64,000 nt of DNA from Minisyncoccota bacterium (GTDB lineage: Bacteria > Patescibacteriota > Minisyncoccia > Phycocordibacterales > JABAAK01), in contig OZ244141.1 in NCBI GenBank assembly GCA_965216295.1, positions 365,299 to 429,298 on the forward strand. The letters are read 5' to 3'. Positions 35,733 through 44,952 of this stretch are shown in pieces. The notes below the pieces were generated by a model. It searched no databases, was not told the origin of the DNA, and saw only the letters and a program-made list of their open reading frames with translations. The number at the start of each line of letters is the position of its first letter. Positions within the stretch are counted from its first letter, which is position 1. The translations under genes and the position numbers were made by a program.

Positions 35733-36767
35733 TTACTGTGCTAAAAGCGATTGACGATAGACAGGAATACCGCCAGTTTGTAACAGTTTACCGATACCAC
35801 GCACCACTGAGCGTGATGGATCCTCAGCAATTCGGACTGGTGTTTGTAGGTGTGTGGCAATAAAGCGATCTATCTGTGGAATCTGTGCAACACCACCAGT
35901 TAAGACAATGCCGTGATCAATGATATCAGAGGTAAGCTCCGGTGGTGTGGTACTGAATACCTGACCAATCACTTCTGTGATAGCCATCAATCCTTGGCGC
36001 ATACCTTCAGCAATATCAGTCGTATTGACCTGTACTATTTTGGGGAAACCAGTCGTCGCATCTTTCCCTCGAACTCGTGCCGTCTTTGTATTACTCATAA
36101 TACTTGCCGCACCAATAGTGTTTTTTAACTTCTCCGCTGTATGCCTTCCAATATGAATTTTGTACTTCTCTTGTATATATTGAGCGATACCTTCATCAAG
36201 AGCACGACCACCAACTGGTACACTTCCGTGACTGAGCATACCACCTAATGAGATAACGGCAACATCTGTCTTACCAGCTCCAATATCTGCCACCATACGC
36301 CCCTTAAGCTCGCCTGCGTGGATACCAGTACCCAACCCGGAAAGAATGCCTTCTCGCTCTGGAAATACCTCACGAACAGGGATTTGTTTACATGTTTCAA
36401 TCATCACTCGCTGTTCCATGCTATTGGCCTCTGTTGGAATAGAAACAACAATATCTGGGCGAAAAATGTTTAATCGTCCGAGTACTTTTTTCAAACACCA
36501 CTCTAAAAGATGTCGAGCTGCCTGTTGATCATTAATATTTCCTGCAATCAATGGTCGATGAACGATAATCTCTTCTGGTGCACGATCAATCATCTCCTCT
36601 GCAGAAGCACCAATACCAATCACCCTACCAGTTGTGGCATCGGTAGCAATGATGGAGGGTTCTTCAAGAACAATACCCTGTTTTGGTATAAATATTCTAA
36701 TATTACTAGTGCCAATATCTATTCCTAATTCTCGTACTAACATATAACGCAACGTCCATCGTACCAT
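35733..36767 (-). CDS. MreB-like actin homologue (copy 2, orphan)
   Basis: 'LGIDIGTSNIRIFIPKQGIVLEEPSIIA...MIDRAPEEIIVHRPLIAGNINDQQAA' and 'VADIGAGKTDVAVISLGG' are MreB/actin ATPase motifs. It is not linked to mreCD. Confidence 0.8.
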   Translation of the reverse strand: MVRWTLRYMLVRELGIDIGTSNIRIFIPKQGIVLEEPSIIATDATTGRVIGIGASAEEMIDRAPEEIIVHRPLIAGNINDQQAARHLLEWCLKKVLGRLNIFRPDIVVSIPTEANSMEQRVMIETCKQIPVREVFPEREGILSGLGTGIHAGELKGRMVADIGAGKTDVAVISLGGMLSHGSVPVGGRALDEGIAQYIQEKYKIHIGRHTAEKLKNTIGAASIMSNTKTARVRGKDATTGFPKIVQVNTTDIAEGMRQGLMAITEVIGQVFSTTPPELTSDIIDHGIVLTGGVAQIPQIDRFIATHLQTPVRIAEDPSRSVVRGIGKLLQTGGIPVYRQSLLAQ

Positions 36768-37074
36768 AAATGCTATACTGTCTCACCGTGAAATCAATAG
36801 GAAAAAAACTTCAGCATCTTGTGGGTAATACAAATGGACCGACGTCAAGTCGTGCCCATCTCATACAACAAATCTGTGACTCACTCTTTGATGGAGAAGA
36901 TTTTAAAAAAATACTTGGACAGACAAAAGAGTTCACCAATGAAGAAATACGAAATATCTTTGACACATCCTATAGTTGGAAAAAAAATCCACAAGCGCTT
37001 TTCTGGAAACTTGTGCGAGAGAAACAAGAAGAAGTGCGCAATACGTTACAGGAAAAAAGTAAACAATCACTCGA

Positions 37075-37311
37075 TTAAAGTCTTTTTCGTAAATATTCAA
37101 TAATATCGTCACTTTCGTAAAGTGCAAAATCTTCATCAGTATCAATCAAAAAAGGAACTTGTCTCTTCCCTCCTTTTTCCATTAATTCACTGAGATTCTC
37201 TTCTTCAGAAATACTCTTGAGAGTAATTTTTAATTTATCATCATGCTCTTTTAGAAAATCAAGTACTTTCTGACAAAAAGGACAGGTAGGAAGATAGTAG
37301 AGTAAAAACAT
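37075..37311 (-). CDS. Glutaredoxin-like thioredoxin-fold protein
   Basis: 78 aa with a CPFC active site in 'LLYYLPTCPFCQKVLDFL' and 'VPFLID' downstream. Confidence 0.7.
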   Translation of the reverse strand: MFLLYYLPTCPFCQKVLDFLKEHDDKLKITLKSISEEENLSELMEKGGKRQVPFLIDTDEDFALYESDDIIEYLRKRL

Positions 37312-37396
37312 AACAATATCTGTATACTAAAGATGTCTTAAGTATAACACAGTAACACCATAGTGCAATTGATAAGATGTGGTATAACGATGACAT

Positions 37397-37471
37397 TCCG
37401 CGGTAGCTCAGCGGTAGAGCAACTGGCTGTTAACCAGTAGGTCACAGGTTCGAATCCCGTCCGCGGAGCCA
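37397..37471 (+). tRNA. tRNA-Asn (anticodon GTT), CCA encoded
   Basis: TCCGCGGTAGCTCAGCGGTAGAGCAACTGGCTGTTAACCAGTAGGTCACAGGTTCGAATCCCGTCCGCGGAGCCA. Acceptor 7 bp, anticodon loop CTGTTAA. Confidence 0.85.
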
Positions 37472-37514
37472 AAAAATTATTTTTTGATTGGTATCTTTTT
37501 GATTACATTTGTTT

Positions 37515-38771
37515 TTAAACTCTAAATCCTATATCGTTACGATAATACGCATTATTCCAACTTGCTTGTTTTACAAGTGAATAGGCTTTGATTTGTGCAT
37601 CTTTGATATCGTCTCCCAGTGCGGTCACACAAAGCACTCTTCCTCCGTCGCTTAAAACTTGATTGTTTTCATATTTTGTTCCTGCGTGAAATATTTTTGT
37701 GTCGAGTGTTTCATCAGGCAAAAGAATCTTGTCGCCCGTTTGATACTTTCCTGGATATCCGTTTGATGCCATTACAACGCCGAGTGCTACTCGCTTGTCC
37801 CATTCCATCTCAGCTTCGTTTAATTTTCCTTGTGTAGAGAGGAAACACGCGTCGGCGATGTTTGATTTCAATCTCATAAGTATTGGCTGTGTTTCTGGAT
37901 CTCCAAGTCGACAGTTATATTCAAGAACTTTTGCATTGCCCTCTTTGTCAATCATAAGTCCTGCGTATAAAAATCCTGTATATTTTCTACCTTCTTTTTT
38001 CATAGCCTGTGTCGTTGGTTTTATTATTTGTTCCATTATTCTCTTCTTTAGTTCATCTGTAACAATTGGTGTGGGTGAGTATGCTCCCATACCTCCAGTG
38101 TTTGGTCCCTTATCTCCATCGTCTCGTGCTTTGTGATCCTGAGAGGTTGCGAGTGGCAATATAAAATCTCCGTCTGTCATAACTATAAAACTAACTTCCT
38201 GCCCAGTTAGAAATTCCTCTATGACTATCTGATGTCCTGCCTCACCAAATCTGTCGTTCTCTAAAAAGTCTTCTGCGGTCTGAGCTGCGGTTTGTATATC
38301 TTTTGCAATAACAACTCCCTTGCCTTTAGCTAGACCGTCTGCCTTAATGACAAGTGGTGCACCCTTTTGCTTTATATATTCAATAGCTTTTTCTTTTTGT
38401 GTAAATGTCTCGTACTCGGGAGTTGGTATGTTGTTTCTTTTTAAGAAATCCTTGCAGAATTTCTTTGAGCCTTCAAGCTCAGATGCTTTTTCTGTTGGTC
38501 CAAATATGTTTAACCCTTCTGCTATAAATCTGTCGACCATACCAAGCACAAGTGGAGCTTCTGGTCCTACTATTGTTAAATCAATTTGATTTGATTTTGC
38601 AAATGTGAGTAACCCATCTATGTTTGTAACTTCAATATCAATGTTTGTTATGCTTTCTTCAAGGTGTGTGCCGGCATTTCCTGGAGCTACGAATACTTCA
38701 CTTCCGTGCTTTACACAGTTCCATGCTATTGCGTGCTCTCTACCCCCTTTTCCTATTATTAGGACTTTCAT
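37515..38771 (-). CDS. purD: Phosphoribosylamine--glycine ligase (GAR synthetase)
   Basis: 418 aa. 'MKVLIIGKGGREHAIAW', ATP-grasp motifs ('GLAKGKGVVIA', 'EEFLTGQEVSFIVMTDG', 'GPNTGGMGAYSP'), full-length PurD collinearity. Confidence 0.9.
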   Translation of the reverse strand: MKVLIIGKGGREHAIAWNCVKHGSEVFVAPGNAGTHLEESITNIDIEVTNIDGLLTFAKSNQIDLTIVGPEAPLVLGMVDRFIAEGLNIFGPTEKASELEGSKKFCKDFLKRNNIPTPEYETFTQKEKAIEYIKQKGAPLVIKADGLAKGKGVVIAKDIQTAAQTAEDFLENDRFGEAGHQIVIEEFLTGQEVSFIVMTDGDFILPLATSQDHKARDDGDKGPNTGGMGAYSPTPIVTDELKKRIMEQIIKPTTQAMKKEGRKYTGFLYAGLMIDKEGNAKVLEYNCRLGDPETQPILMRLKSNIADACFLSTQGKLNEAEMEWDKRVALGVVMASNGYPGKYQTGDKILLPDETLDTKIFHAGTKYENNQVLSDGGRVLCVTALGDDIKDAQIKAYSLVKQASWNNAYYRNDIGFRV

Positions 38772-38832
38772 AATATTCAGTATAACGACTATCTGTACGA
38801 TACCTTGGTATGCAATATTTTTATTCTATAAT

Positions 38833-39216
38833 TTAAATCCAGAAGACAAGTGCGAATAAGAATGCGGAGAGGGCGAGGCTGAAGACTGCTCCCCATAGAA
38901 CAATTTTTGGTTTTTCTAGAGTTTTGTGTGTTAGTGCAATGATATTTTTGCGGAATGCTAAGAACACAAATCCTTCTAGTGCGGTGAGTGCACCGAGGAT
39001 GGCAGCAACTGCGCTGTGGAGTTGCCATTCAAATGCGTTGACTACGACTATTATTCCAAATACGATTTCCAGAAATCCAATGAGTAGACAGAGTTCACTA
39101 TGATCCGTGATTACGTCTGCGAGATTTTTGAAAGATTCTTTGTTCCAAAAATAAACTACTCCAAATAGAAGAAAGATTATTGCAAATATTAGAAGTATTA
39201 TGCTTATTAAATCCAT
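38833..39216 (-). CDS. Polytopic membrane hypothetical protein
   Basis: 127 aa with four predicted TM helices. Confidence 0.4.
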   Translation of the reverse strand: MDLISIILLIFAIIFLLFGVVYFWNKESFKNLADVITDHSELCLLIGFLEIVFGIIVVVNAFEWQLHSAVAAILGALTALEGFVFLAFRKNIIALTHKTLEKPKIVLWGAVFSLALSAFLFALVFWI

Positions 39217-39292
39217 GTTGAATATATTATATCATTTTCTGTTTAAGATGGCTGAGTATATCAATAGAGACAGTGTGATGATGTATAAAGAA

Positions 39293-39343
39293 CAACTGAC
39301 TGTTAATCAGTAGGTCACAGATTCGAATCTCGTCCGCTGAGCA
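39293..39343 (+). repeat. Degenerate direct repeat of the 3' half of tRNA-Asn (tRNA fragment / att-like remnant)
   Basis: CAACTGACTGTTAATCAGTAGGTCACAGATTCGAATCTCGTCCGCTGAGCA aligns to the intact tRNA-Asn from the anticodon stem to the 3' end with ~6 mismatches in 52 nt. The upstream sequence cannot form D-arm or acceptor pairing, so this is not a functional tRNA. Confidence 0.6.
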
Positions 39344-39488
39344 AAACAATAGCAAAAGAATATTAATAAATAAAGAGGATAAAGATAGCAACTGTTATCG
39401 TTGCTATTGTTAGTCCAACAAATCTGTCATTGAATCGCATACTTTTTTTTCAATACACACTGATATACAATGGAGTAGTACATATAGT

Positions 39489-39740
39489 ATGCCACAAATG
39501 GGAGACAACCTTTTTACCGTTGCCGATATGGTTATCGCAGATAACTCGTTTTTTGTTCTACCAGCAGTTTTGTTGAGTTTTTTTATTGCCTTAATGATTG
39601 TTGGTATGAATACGACAATACAGGCGATGTTTACACGAATACTCTATGCTGTCATTCTCTCCTTGATAACCTTTATCGGATTGCTCTTCACTGGCATGGT
39701 CATACTTATCATCTCTGGTGTCATCAAAGGTATCTATTAA
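39489..39740 (+). CDS. Small membrane hypothetical protein
   Basis: 83 aa with two TM helices. Confidence 0.3.
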   Translation: MPQMGDNLFTVADMVIADNSFFVLPAVLLSFFIALMIVGMNTTIQAMFTRILYAVILSLITFIGLLFTGMVILIISGVIKGIY

Positions 39741-39747
39741 CCCCGAC

Positions 39748-41208
39748 TCAAAACTCTGGGAGGTACTCTAATGGATTGAGTTTTGCATTGTTTGGAGCAG
39801 CTGGTATGAGTAATCCTTTACAGAGTCCTTTTGACGAAAATTCCTCATAGGGAATGATACGGAATCCGCCTGACGCATAGAGACCAAAGTGTAAGTGTGG
39901 GCCAGTGCTCTGCCCCGTGTTCCCACTGTATCCAACAAGTTCACCAGCAGTGACTCGTTGGCCAACACGAACCCTGATGAGTGAAAGGTGTGCATAGAGA
40001 GTTGTTAAGCCATTATCGTGTTTGATAGCAATCCATTTTCCCCATAACTGACAACTTCGTACAAGATCAGTGTTTCCGGTACCAACGACCTTCCCGTTTG
40101 CCGTTGCATAGAGTTTGGTGTTTGATGAAACGCCAAAATCAACACCAGAGTGAAATGGTCGTGCATACGGACTCCTGCTACTACGGGCAAATTCTGTTGC
40201 ACCAAATCCTTGGGTAATGCGAGGTGTTTCGTTAATAGGCCAACGCAAAATGCCACGTCTTGGTGTTGGTAGTGTGTTTGGGTTTTTGATGTACTCTATC
40301 CGTGATTCATAATCAAACAATTCTTGTTGCAAATTCCTACGTTCTTCAAGTTTTGTTGCTAGTAACGCTTGATACTCTGTTTCATTATTTCTTGTTTCAT
40401 TAACAATACGCTGCTGTCGTGCAGTTGATACTTCATAGAGACGCTGGCGGTCGTTGAGTTCTTTCTCTGATACTTGCAAACTACTTTTTTCTAAAGCAAT
40501 GCGAGTTTTATCTTTCTCCAACTGTATCGTTGTTTCTCGTAAACGATTTGTTTGGTCTGCAAGTGTTCCTGTCAAAGTGGTAATTTCATCAATTCGTTTA
40601 ATAACACCAAAGGCAGAGTCACCAAAAAGAACAAGTAACTTTTTATCACCCAACACAAATTCATTACTTCGTCGATAGTTCTCTATAAGTGCAAAGTAGA
40701 GTACAGTCATCTGATCAGTGCTACTGTCTAAATTTTCATTCAACCCTTCGAGTTTTAATTGACTACGATTGATATTTTCTTGCGTTAATAAAATTTGCTT
40801 TTTATTACGTGAGTTCGTCAGTGAGAGAGAGCGTAGCTGTGCTTCGAGAGTAACTTTTTCTTTTCCAATGATATCTAATTTTTGGTTTATCTCTGCTATT
40901 TCCTTTTCCGTTGATTCAATGAGTTTGTTTTTTTGCACAACCTGACTTTCTAGCTTCACCAACACTGAATTTTCCTGAAGTTCTGGCAGAGGGATGATAC
41001 CGCTATCTAAAGCTCCTTTTGCCCGTATTCCTGTCTGAGATTTCTTTTCCTCTTCAATGATAATAACAGGAGCGACAATTTTTTTCGAATCAATCGACTG
41101 ACTTTCAACAAGAATACTCTTTTGGTAAACGAGTGGTCCACCAACAAGAAAAAGTATAAGAAGAGCAATTTTCCAATCCATATATATATACATACCTACG
41201 AATGGCAT
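39748..41208 (-). CDS. M23-family peptidoglycan endopeptidase with long N-terminal coiled-coil (EnvC-like)
   Basis: C-terminal LytM domain with 'HSGVDFGVS...G.WIAIKHDNGLTTLYAHL...GNTGQSTGPHLHFGLY'. N-terminal ~300 aa are predicted coiled-coil. Confidence 0.85.
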   Translation of the reverse strand: MPFVGMYIYMDWKIALLILFLVGGPLVYQKSILVESQSIDSKKIVAPVIIIEEEKKSQTGIRAKGALDSGIIPLPELQENSVLVKLESQVVQKNKLIESTEKEIAEINQKLDIIGKEKVTLEAQLRSLSLTNSRNKKQILLTQENINRSQLKLEGLNENLDSSTDQMTVLYFALIENYRRSNEFVLGDKKLLVLFGDSAFGVIKRIDEITTLTGTLADQTNRLRETTIQLEKDKTRIALEKSSLQVSEKELNDRQRLYEVSTARQQRIVNETRNNETEYQALLATKLEERRNLQQELFDYESRIEYIKNPNTLPTPRRGILRWPINETPRITQGFGATEFARSSRSPYARPFHSGVDFGVSSNTKLYATANGKVVGTGNTDLVRSCQLWGKWIAIKHDNGLTTLYAHLSLIRVRVGQRVTAGELVGYSGNTGQSTGPHLHFGLYASGGFRIIPYEEFSSKGLCKGLLIPAAPNNAKLNPLEYLPEF

Positions 41209-41253
41209 CTATTACATACCCATAGTACACGGTAATTGGCTATCTCTTGCATG

Positions 41254-42603
41254 CTATGCATTTTGTAAACAAGCAATAGCGTTCATAATCCTTTTATGTG
41301 TCTCCCGTTTTCCAATTGCCATAACAATAGAGAATATATCAGGGCTTTGTTTTTTTCCTGACAATGCAACACGGAGAGGCCAGAGAACATCCTTTTTGCC
41401 GTGTGTCTCAGCATATGGTAGCAATGCTTCTTGTATACTCTCTGATTTCCAAGAAGACAATCCTGCGAGTAACTTCTTGACCGCATCAAGATGCATACAA
41501 GTGACATCTTTTTTGGTTTCAGGTGATGGTAAAAGTAGTGTGGCATCACACTCGGGAGATTTGTAATAAAAATCATACTCTCCTGCGCGTATTGCCTGTT
41601 GCATGTCACTCACCGTACTACATCGTTGTCGTAATTCTTGTAAAAGCATAGCAGTACTGGTAGAGCGTCGGAGAAGGAGAAAGAAAGAGAGTCGTTTTCG
41701 CAACACTGGCAAGAGCCATTGAAGAAGCTTTCGTTCTGACACAGTGCGAAGATAATGCTGATTGTACCAACGGAGTTTTGCCTCATCGTACACTGCTTCT
41801 TTTTTCTGCAGTTTTTCAAATGAGAAACGCTCTATCAATTCCTCTTTGCTGTATAACTCTGTATCTTCTTTTGAACTCCATCCTAACGATGCCATGTAGT
41901 TGATGAGTGCTTCAGGAAGATATCCTTCGTCACGAAAAGCATTCACTGCAGTTGCATGTTTTCGTTTTGATAACTTTCCACCATCTGCTGAATGAATGAG
42001 AGGTATGTGTACAAAGCGAGGAGCTTGTTTACCAAATGCTTCAAAGAGAAGTATCTGTCGTGGTGTGTTTGAAATATGATCATCACCACGAATGATATGT
42101 GTCACTCCCATTGCAATGTCATCAATTACAACGGCGAGATTATAGAGTGGTTTGCGAACACTTTTAGCAATGACAAAATCTCCTAACTCACTGGTTTCCA
42201 TAGTAATCACACCACGAACATCATCATGAAATGAAACCTTCTTCTGAGGATTTTTAAAGCGCACCACATCAACCATGTCTGTTTCAGAATCACGTGCTTG
42301 TTCATGTGAAATATATGCCTTCCCATCTTGTATTAATTGAGAAATACGTTCGTGATATAAATCGGTACGATCACTTTGTCGTACCACCACATCAGGATGC
42401 ATTCCTAACCACTTGAGTGCACTGTGTGCATCGTCTAAGTACTCTTTTTTACTCCGTGCAACATCAGTGTCTTCAAAGCGGAGAATAAATGTTCCTGCAT
42501 GTTTCTTGGCATAGAGGTAGTTAAAAAGAGCTGTTCGAGCGGTGCCAATATGAAAAGGTCCTGTGGGACTTGGCGCAATACGAGTAACAACGGTTTCACT
42601 CAT
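41254..42603 (-). CDS. gltX: Glutamyl-tRNA synthetase
   Basis: 'RIAPSPTGPFHIGTARTALFNY...LRFEDTD' HIGH region and 'KLSKR' KMSKS variant. Confidence 0.9.
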   Translation of the reverse strand: MSETVVTRIAPSPTGPFHIGTARTALFNYLYAKKHAGTFILRFEDTDVARSKKEYLDDAHSALKWLGMHPDVVVRQSDRTDLYHERISQLIQDGKAYISHEQARDSETDMVDVVRFKNPQKKVSFHDDVRGVITMETSELGDFVIAKSVRKPLYNLAVVIDDIAMGVTHIIRGDDHISNTPRQILLFEAFGKQAPRFVHIPLIHSADGGKLSKRKHATAVNAFRDEGYLPEALINYMASLGWSSKEDTELYSKEELIERFSFEKLQKKEAVYDEAKLRWYNQHYLRTVSERKLLQWLLPVLRKRLSFFLLLRRSTSTAMLLQELRQRCSTVSDMQQAIRAGEYDFYYKSPECDATLLLPSPETKKDVTCMHLDAVKKLLAGLSSWKSESIQEALLPYAETHGKKDVLWPLRVALSGKKQSPDIFSIVMAIGKRETHKRIMNAIACLQNA

Positions 42604-43751
42604 ATTTGGTGGCTCGTCAACACTGCCACTATTTGTTCAGCAATTTTCTGTGCTGCATTACTTGAATCAGTACTTCTCATTGATTTTTGCAATTCTTTGT
42701 ATTCAGTTGGGTTGTCTAAAATATTTTGAATACTCGCAAGAAGCAATGTGTGTGTCAGGTTTTCATTTTCAATAACGGTAGCGCCTGTTTTCCTTGCAAA
42801 GGCATACGCGTTACTCCGTTGATCGTGCGATACATCGGTTGGTATTGGGAGTGTGATGGTGGGAATGCCCCACTCAGCAAGTTCTGCAAGTGTTCCAGAA
42901 CCAGACCGACTAATAACTAAATCTGCCACTGAGTAAGCTGCACGAAGATAGTAACGACTTAAAAATGGGATAGGATGGTACGCTTTGAGTTCTTCTGCAT
43001 TTCGAAAGAGACTGCCTGTCACCTGTTTCACGCTATCAAAATTCTTTTCCCCCGTTTGATGAATCACCTGGTACTTTTCTCGCAAACGAGGCAAGACATC
43101 AAGAATTGCTTCGTTAATGGTAGCAGCACCTTGTGAACCACCCAATATAAGAATGGTTTTTTCAGAAGGAGACAGTGATAGTATTTCGTGTGCATTTTTC
43201 ATAACATTTCTTAAAAGATCTCGTCGGATAGGGATACCTACTAATGCAGTTTTTTCTTTTTGATCTTCATTTATTTCTTTGTCTACCTCAGGGTACGAAA
43301 TACCAATGCGGTGAGCAAACCCTGCAGACCACTTTGAAACCCTTCCAAACACCGCATCTGACTCATGAATAACAACAGGAATCCGCAACACCTTCGCTGC
43401 CCATAAAACAGGAAATGCGGTATACCCTCCTTTACTAAACACAACATCAGGAAAAATACGATACATCGTGTACAGTGCTTTGATAAGAGAAAGAAAAATG
43501 ATAGGAAGAGAGAAAATGTTTTTGATATACGATACAAAATCTCTTGTCTTATGAAATTTCTTTGCAGGACAGTAAAAAAACTTTATACCGTTTTCATACA
43601 ATGCCTTTTCATCATATCGAGAGGGTCCGAGGTAGTAGAGTTGTGGCTGCACAATCTTTTTTTCACTCGCAACACTACGGAGTGCCTCCGCAACAGCAAT
43701 GAGCGGATAGAAATGGCCACCAGTGCCACCACCGACAAAAACAACTTTCAT
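42600..43751 (-). CDS. murG: UDP-N-acetylglucosamine--N-acetylmuramyl-(pentapeptide) pyrophosphoryl-undecaprenol GlcNAc transferase MurG
   Basis: 'MKVVFVGGGTGGHFYPLIAVAEAL' G-loop. C-terminal 'GGSQGA' and UDP-GlcNAc binding region. Confidence 0.9.
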   Translation of the reverse strand: MKVVFVGGGTGGHFYPLIAVAEALRSVASEKKIVQPQLYYLGPSRYDEKALYENGIKFFYCPAKKFHKTRDFVSYIKNIFSLPIIFLSLIKALYTMYRIFPDVVFSKGGYTAFPVLWAAKVLRIPVVIHESDAVFGRVSKWSAGFAHRIGISYPEVDKEINEDQKEKTALVGIPIRRDLLRNVMKNAHEILSLSPSEKTILILGGSQGAATINEAILDVLPRLREKYQVIHQTGEKNFDSVKQVTGSLFRNAEELKAYHPIPFLSRYYLRAAYSVADLVISRSGSGTLAELAEWGIPTITLPIPTDVSHDQRSNAYAFARKTGATVIENENLTHTLLLASIQNILDNPTEYKELQKSMRSTDSSNAAQKIAEQIVAVLTSHQI

Positions 43752-43785
43752 AGTAGTAGTATACCACCGCACCTCTCACAAAGAG

Positions 43786-44952
43786 CTACAGCGCAAGCTT
43801 AGTTCTCTGAACACGCTGTTGTCGTGCAATATTGAGCAAAATACCAATACCAAGCAAGGTAATAAGGATGGATGTACCTGATTTGCTAAACAAAAGGAGT
43901 GGTATACCGGTTGTCGGTGCACCCAAAACAATGAGAATATTCAAAAACGCTCCTGTGCCGATAAGTGTGGTAATGCCGACCGCTAAGAGTTTGCCAAATA
44001 CGTCTTTTGTCCGTTGTGCAATAGTAAAACCCATAATGATGAGGAGAAGAAAGAGAATGACAATAAATGAGGATCCGATAAATCCTAATTCTTCCGCCGC
44101 AAGAGCAAAAATAGAGTCTGTTGTTGTTTCAGGGAGTGCACCGAGTTTTTGCAAACTATACCCTACTCCTCGACCAGCAATACCACCATTGGTAACCGTC
44201 TCAAGGTTTTGAAGTGCTTGATATGCCACACCATACCGTTCGTCGTATGAAAGTTGATCAGTGACCAATTTGTATGACGTTGAGAAACGATCAAGAACGT
44301 ATGATGGGAGAACAAACGGCGCAACAGACGTTGCAATAATGGTGACAATGATTAGAGTGTACCAGAGCCATTTTGAAAGTTTCGCGATAAATGCCATAGA
44401 AAGAAACACAATGCCAAGTATCAAGAAAGTACCATAATTTGGTTGTGCGTAAGAGACAGTAAAAAGAAAGATCATGCCACCGATAGTCAAAAGGTAAAAC
44501 CACATTGGTGATTTTTGACGCAAATCACTTGAAAAGAGATAGGCGTACCCAAGAACAGTTGCAAGTTTCAAAAGTTCTGATGGTTGAAAGGTAAAGTAAC
44601 CAAAATCAAGCCAACGAACAACACCATTTCTATCAATCGATAAGTCTGTTGTTAACAGTAAAATAAAAAAAACGGAGAGGGTGATAAAAAATAGAACGTA
44701 CTTCCCTTTGTTATATTTTTGATATGGAAAAAAACGAGCGGCTAGTAAAAAGATGGTACCAACAAAAAATGCAATCAGTTGAATAGACAGTGGTTGAAGA
44801 ATGCTCAGTTCTGGATTGATAACTTTCTGTCCAATGTACGCAGAGGCAAGAACAGCAAGACCGATAATAGAAAGCACAAGGAGGACGGTCAGGATAGAAG
44901 ATTCTATTTTCTTTCTTTCAAAAAACTTAAACACACCTTTTCTCCAATACAT
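43786..44952 (-). CDS. ftsW: SEDS-family peptidoglycan glycosyltransferase (FtsW/RodA)
   Basis: 388 aa with ~10 TM. 'QPSELLK' and 'TDSIFA' SEDS signature regions. Lies between mraY and murG. Confidence 0.85.
   Translation of the reverse strand: MYWRKGVFKFFERKKIESSILTVLLVLSIIGLAVLASAYIGQKVINPELSILQPLSIQLIAFFVGTIFLLAARFFPYQKYNKGKYVLFFITLSVFFILLLTTDLSIDRNGVVRWLDFGYFTFQPSELLKLATVLGYAYLFSSDLRQKSPMWFYLLTIGGMIFLFTVSYAQPNYGTFLILGIVFLSMAFIAKLSKWLWYTLIIVTIIATSVAPFVLPSYVLDRFSTSYKLVTDQLSYDERYGVAYQALQNLETVTNGGIAGRGVGYSLQKLGALPETTTDSIFALAAEELGFIGSSFIVILFLLLIIMGFTIAQRTKDVFGKLLAVGITTLIGTGAFLNILIVLGAPTTGIPLLLFSKSGTSILITLLGIGILLNIARQQRVQRTKLAL

Noticed and set aside
36770-37103. Two overlapping plus-strand ORFs (102 aa and 94 aa) between mreB copy 2 and the glutaredoxin-like gene
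   Set aside because: They overlap each other in different frames. Neither has a recognisable motif, and there is no clear start context. At most one could be real. Left unannotated.
39240-39343. Possible second intact tRNA-Asn
   Set aside because: Only the 3' half, from the anticodon stem through the T-arm and 3' acceptor strand, is tRNA-like. The upstream sequence cannot form a D-arm or an acceptor stem. It is scored as a tRNA fragment or repeat rather than a gene.
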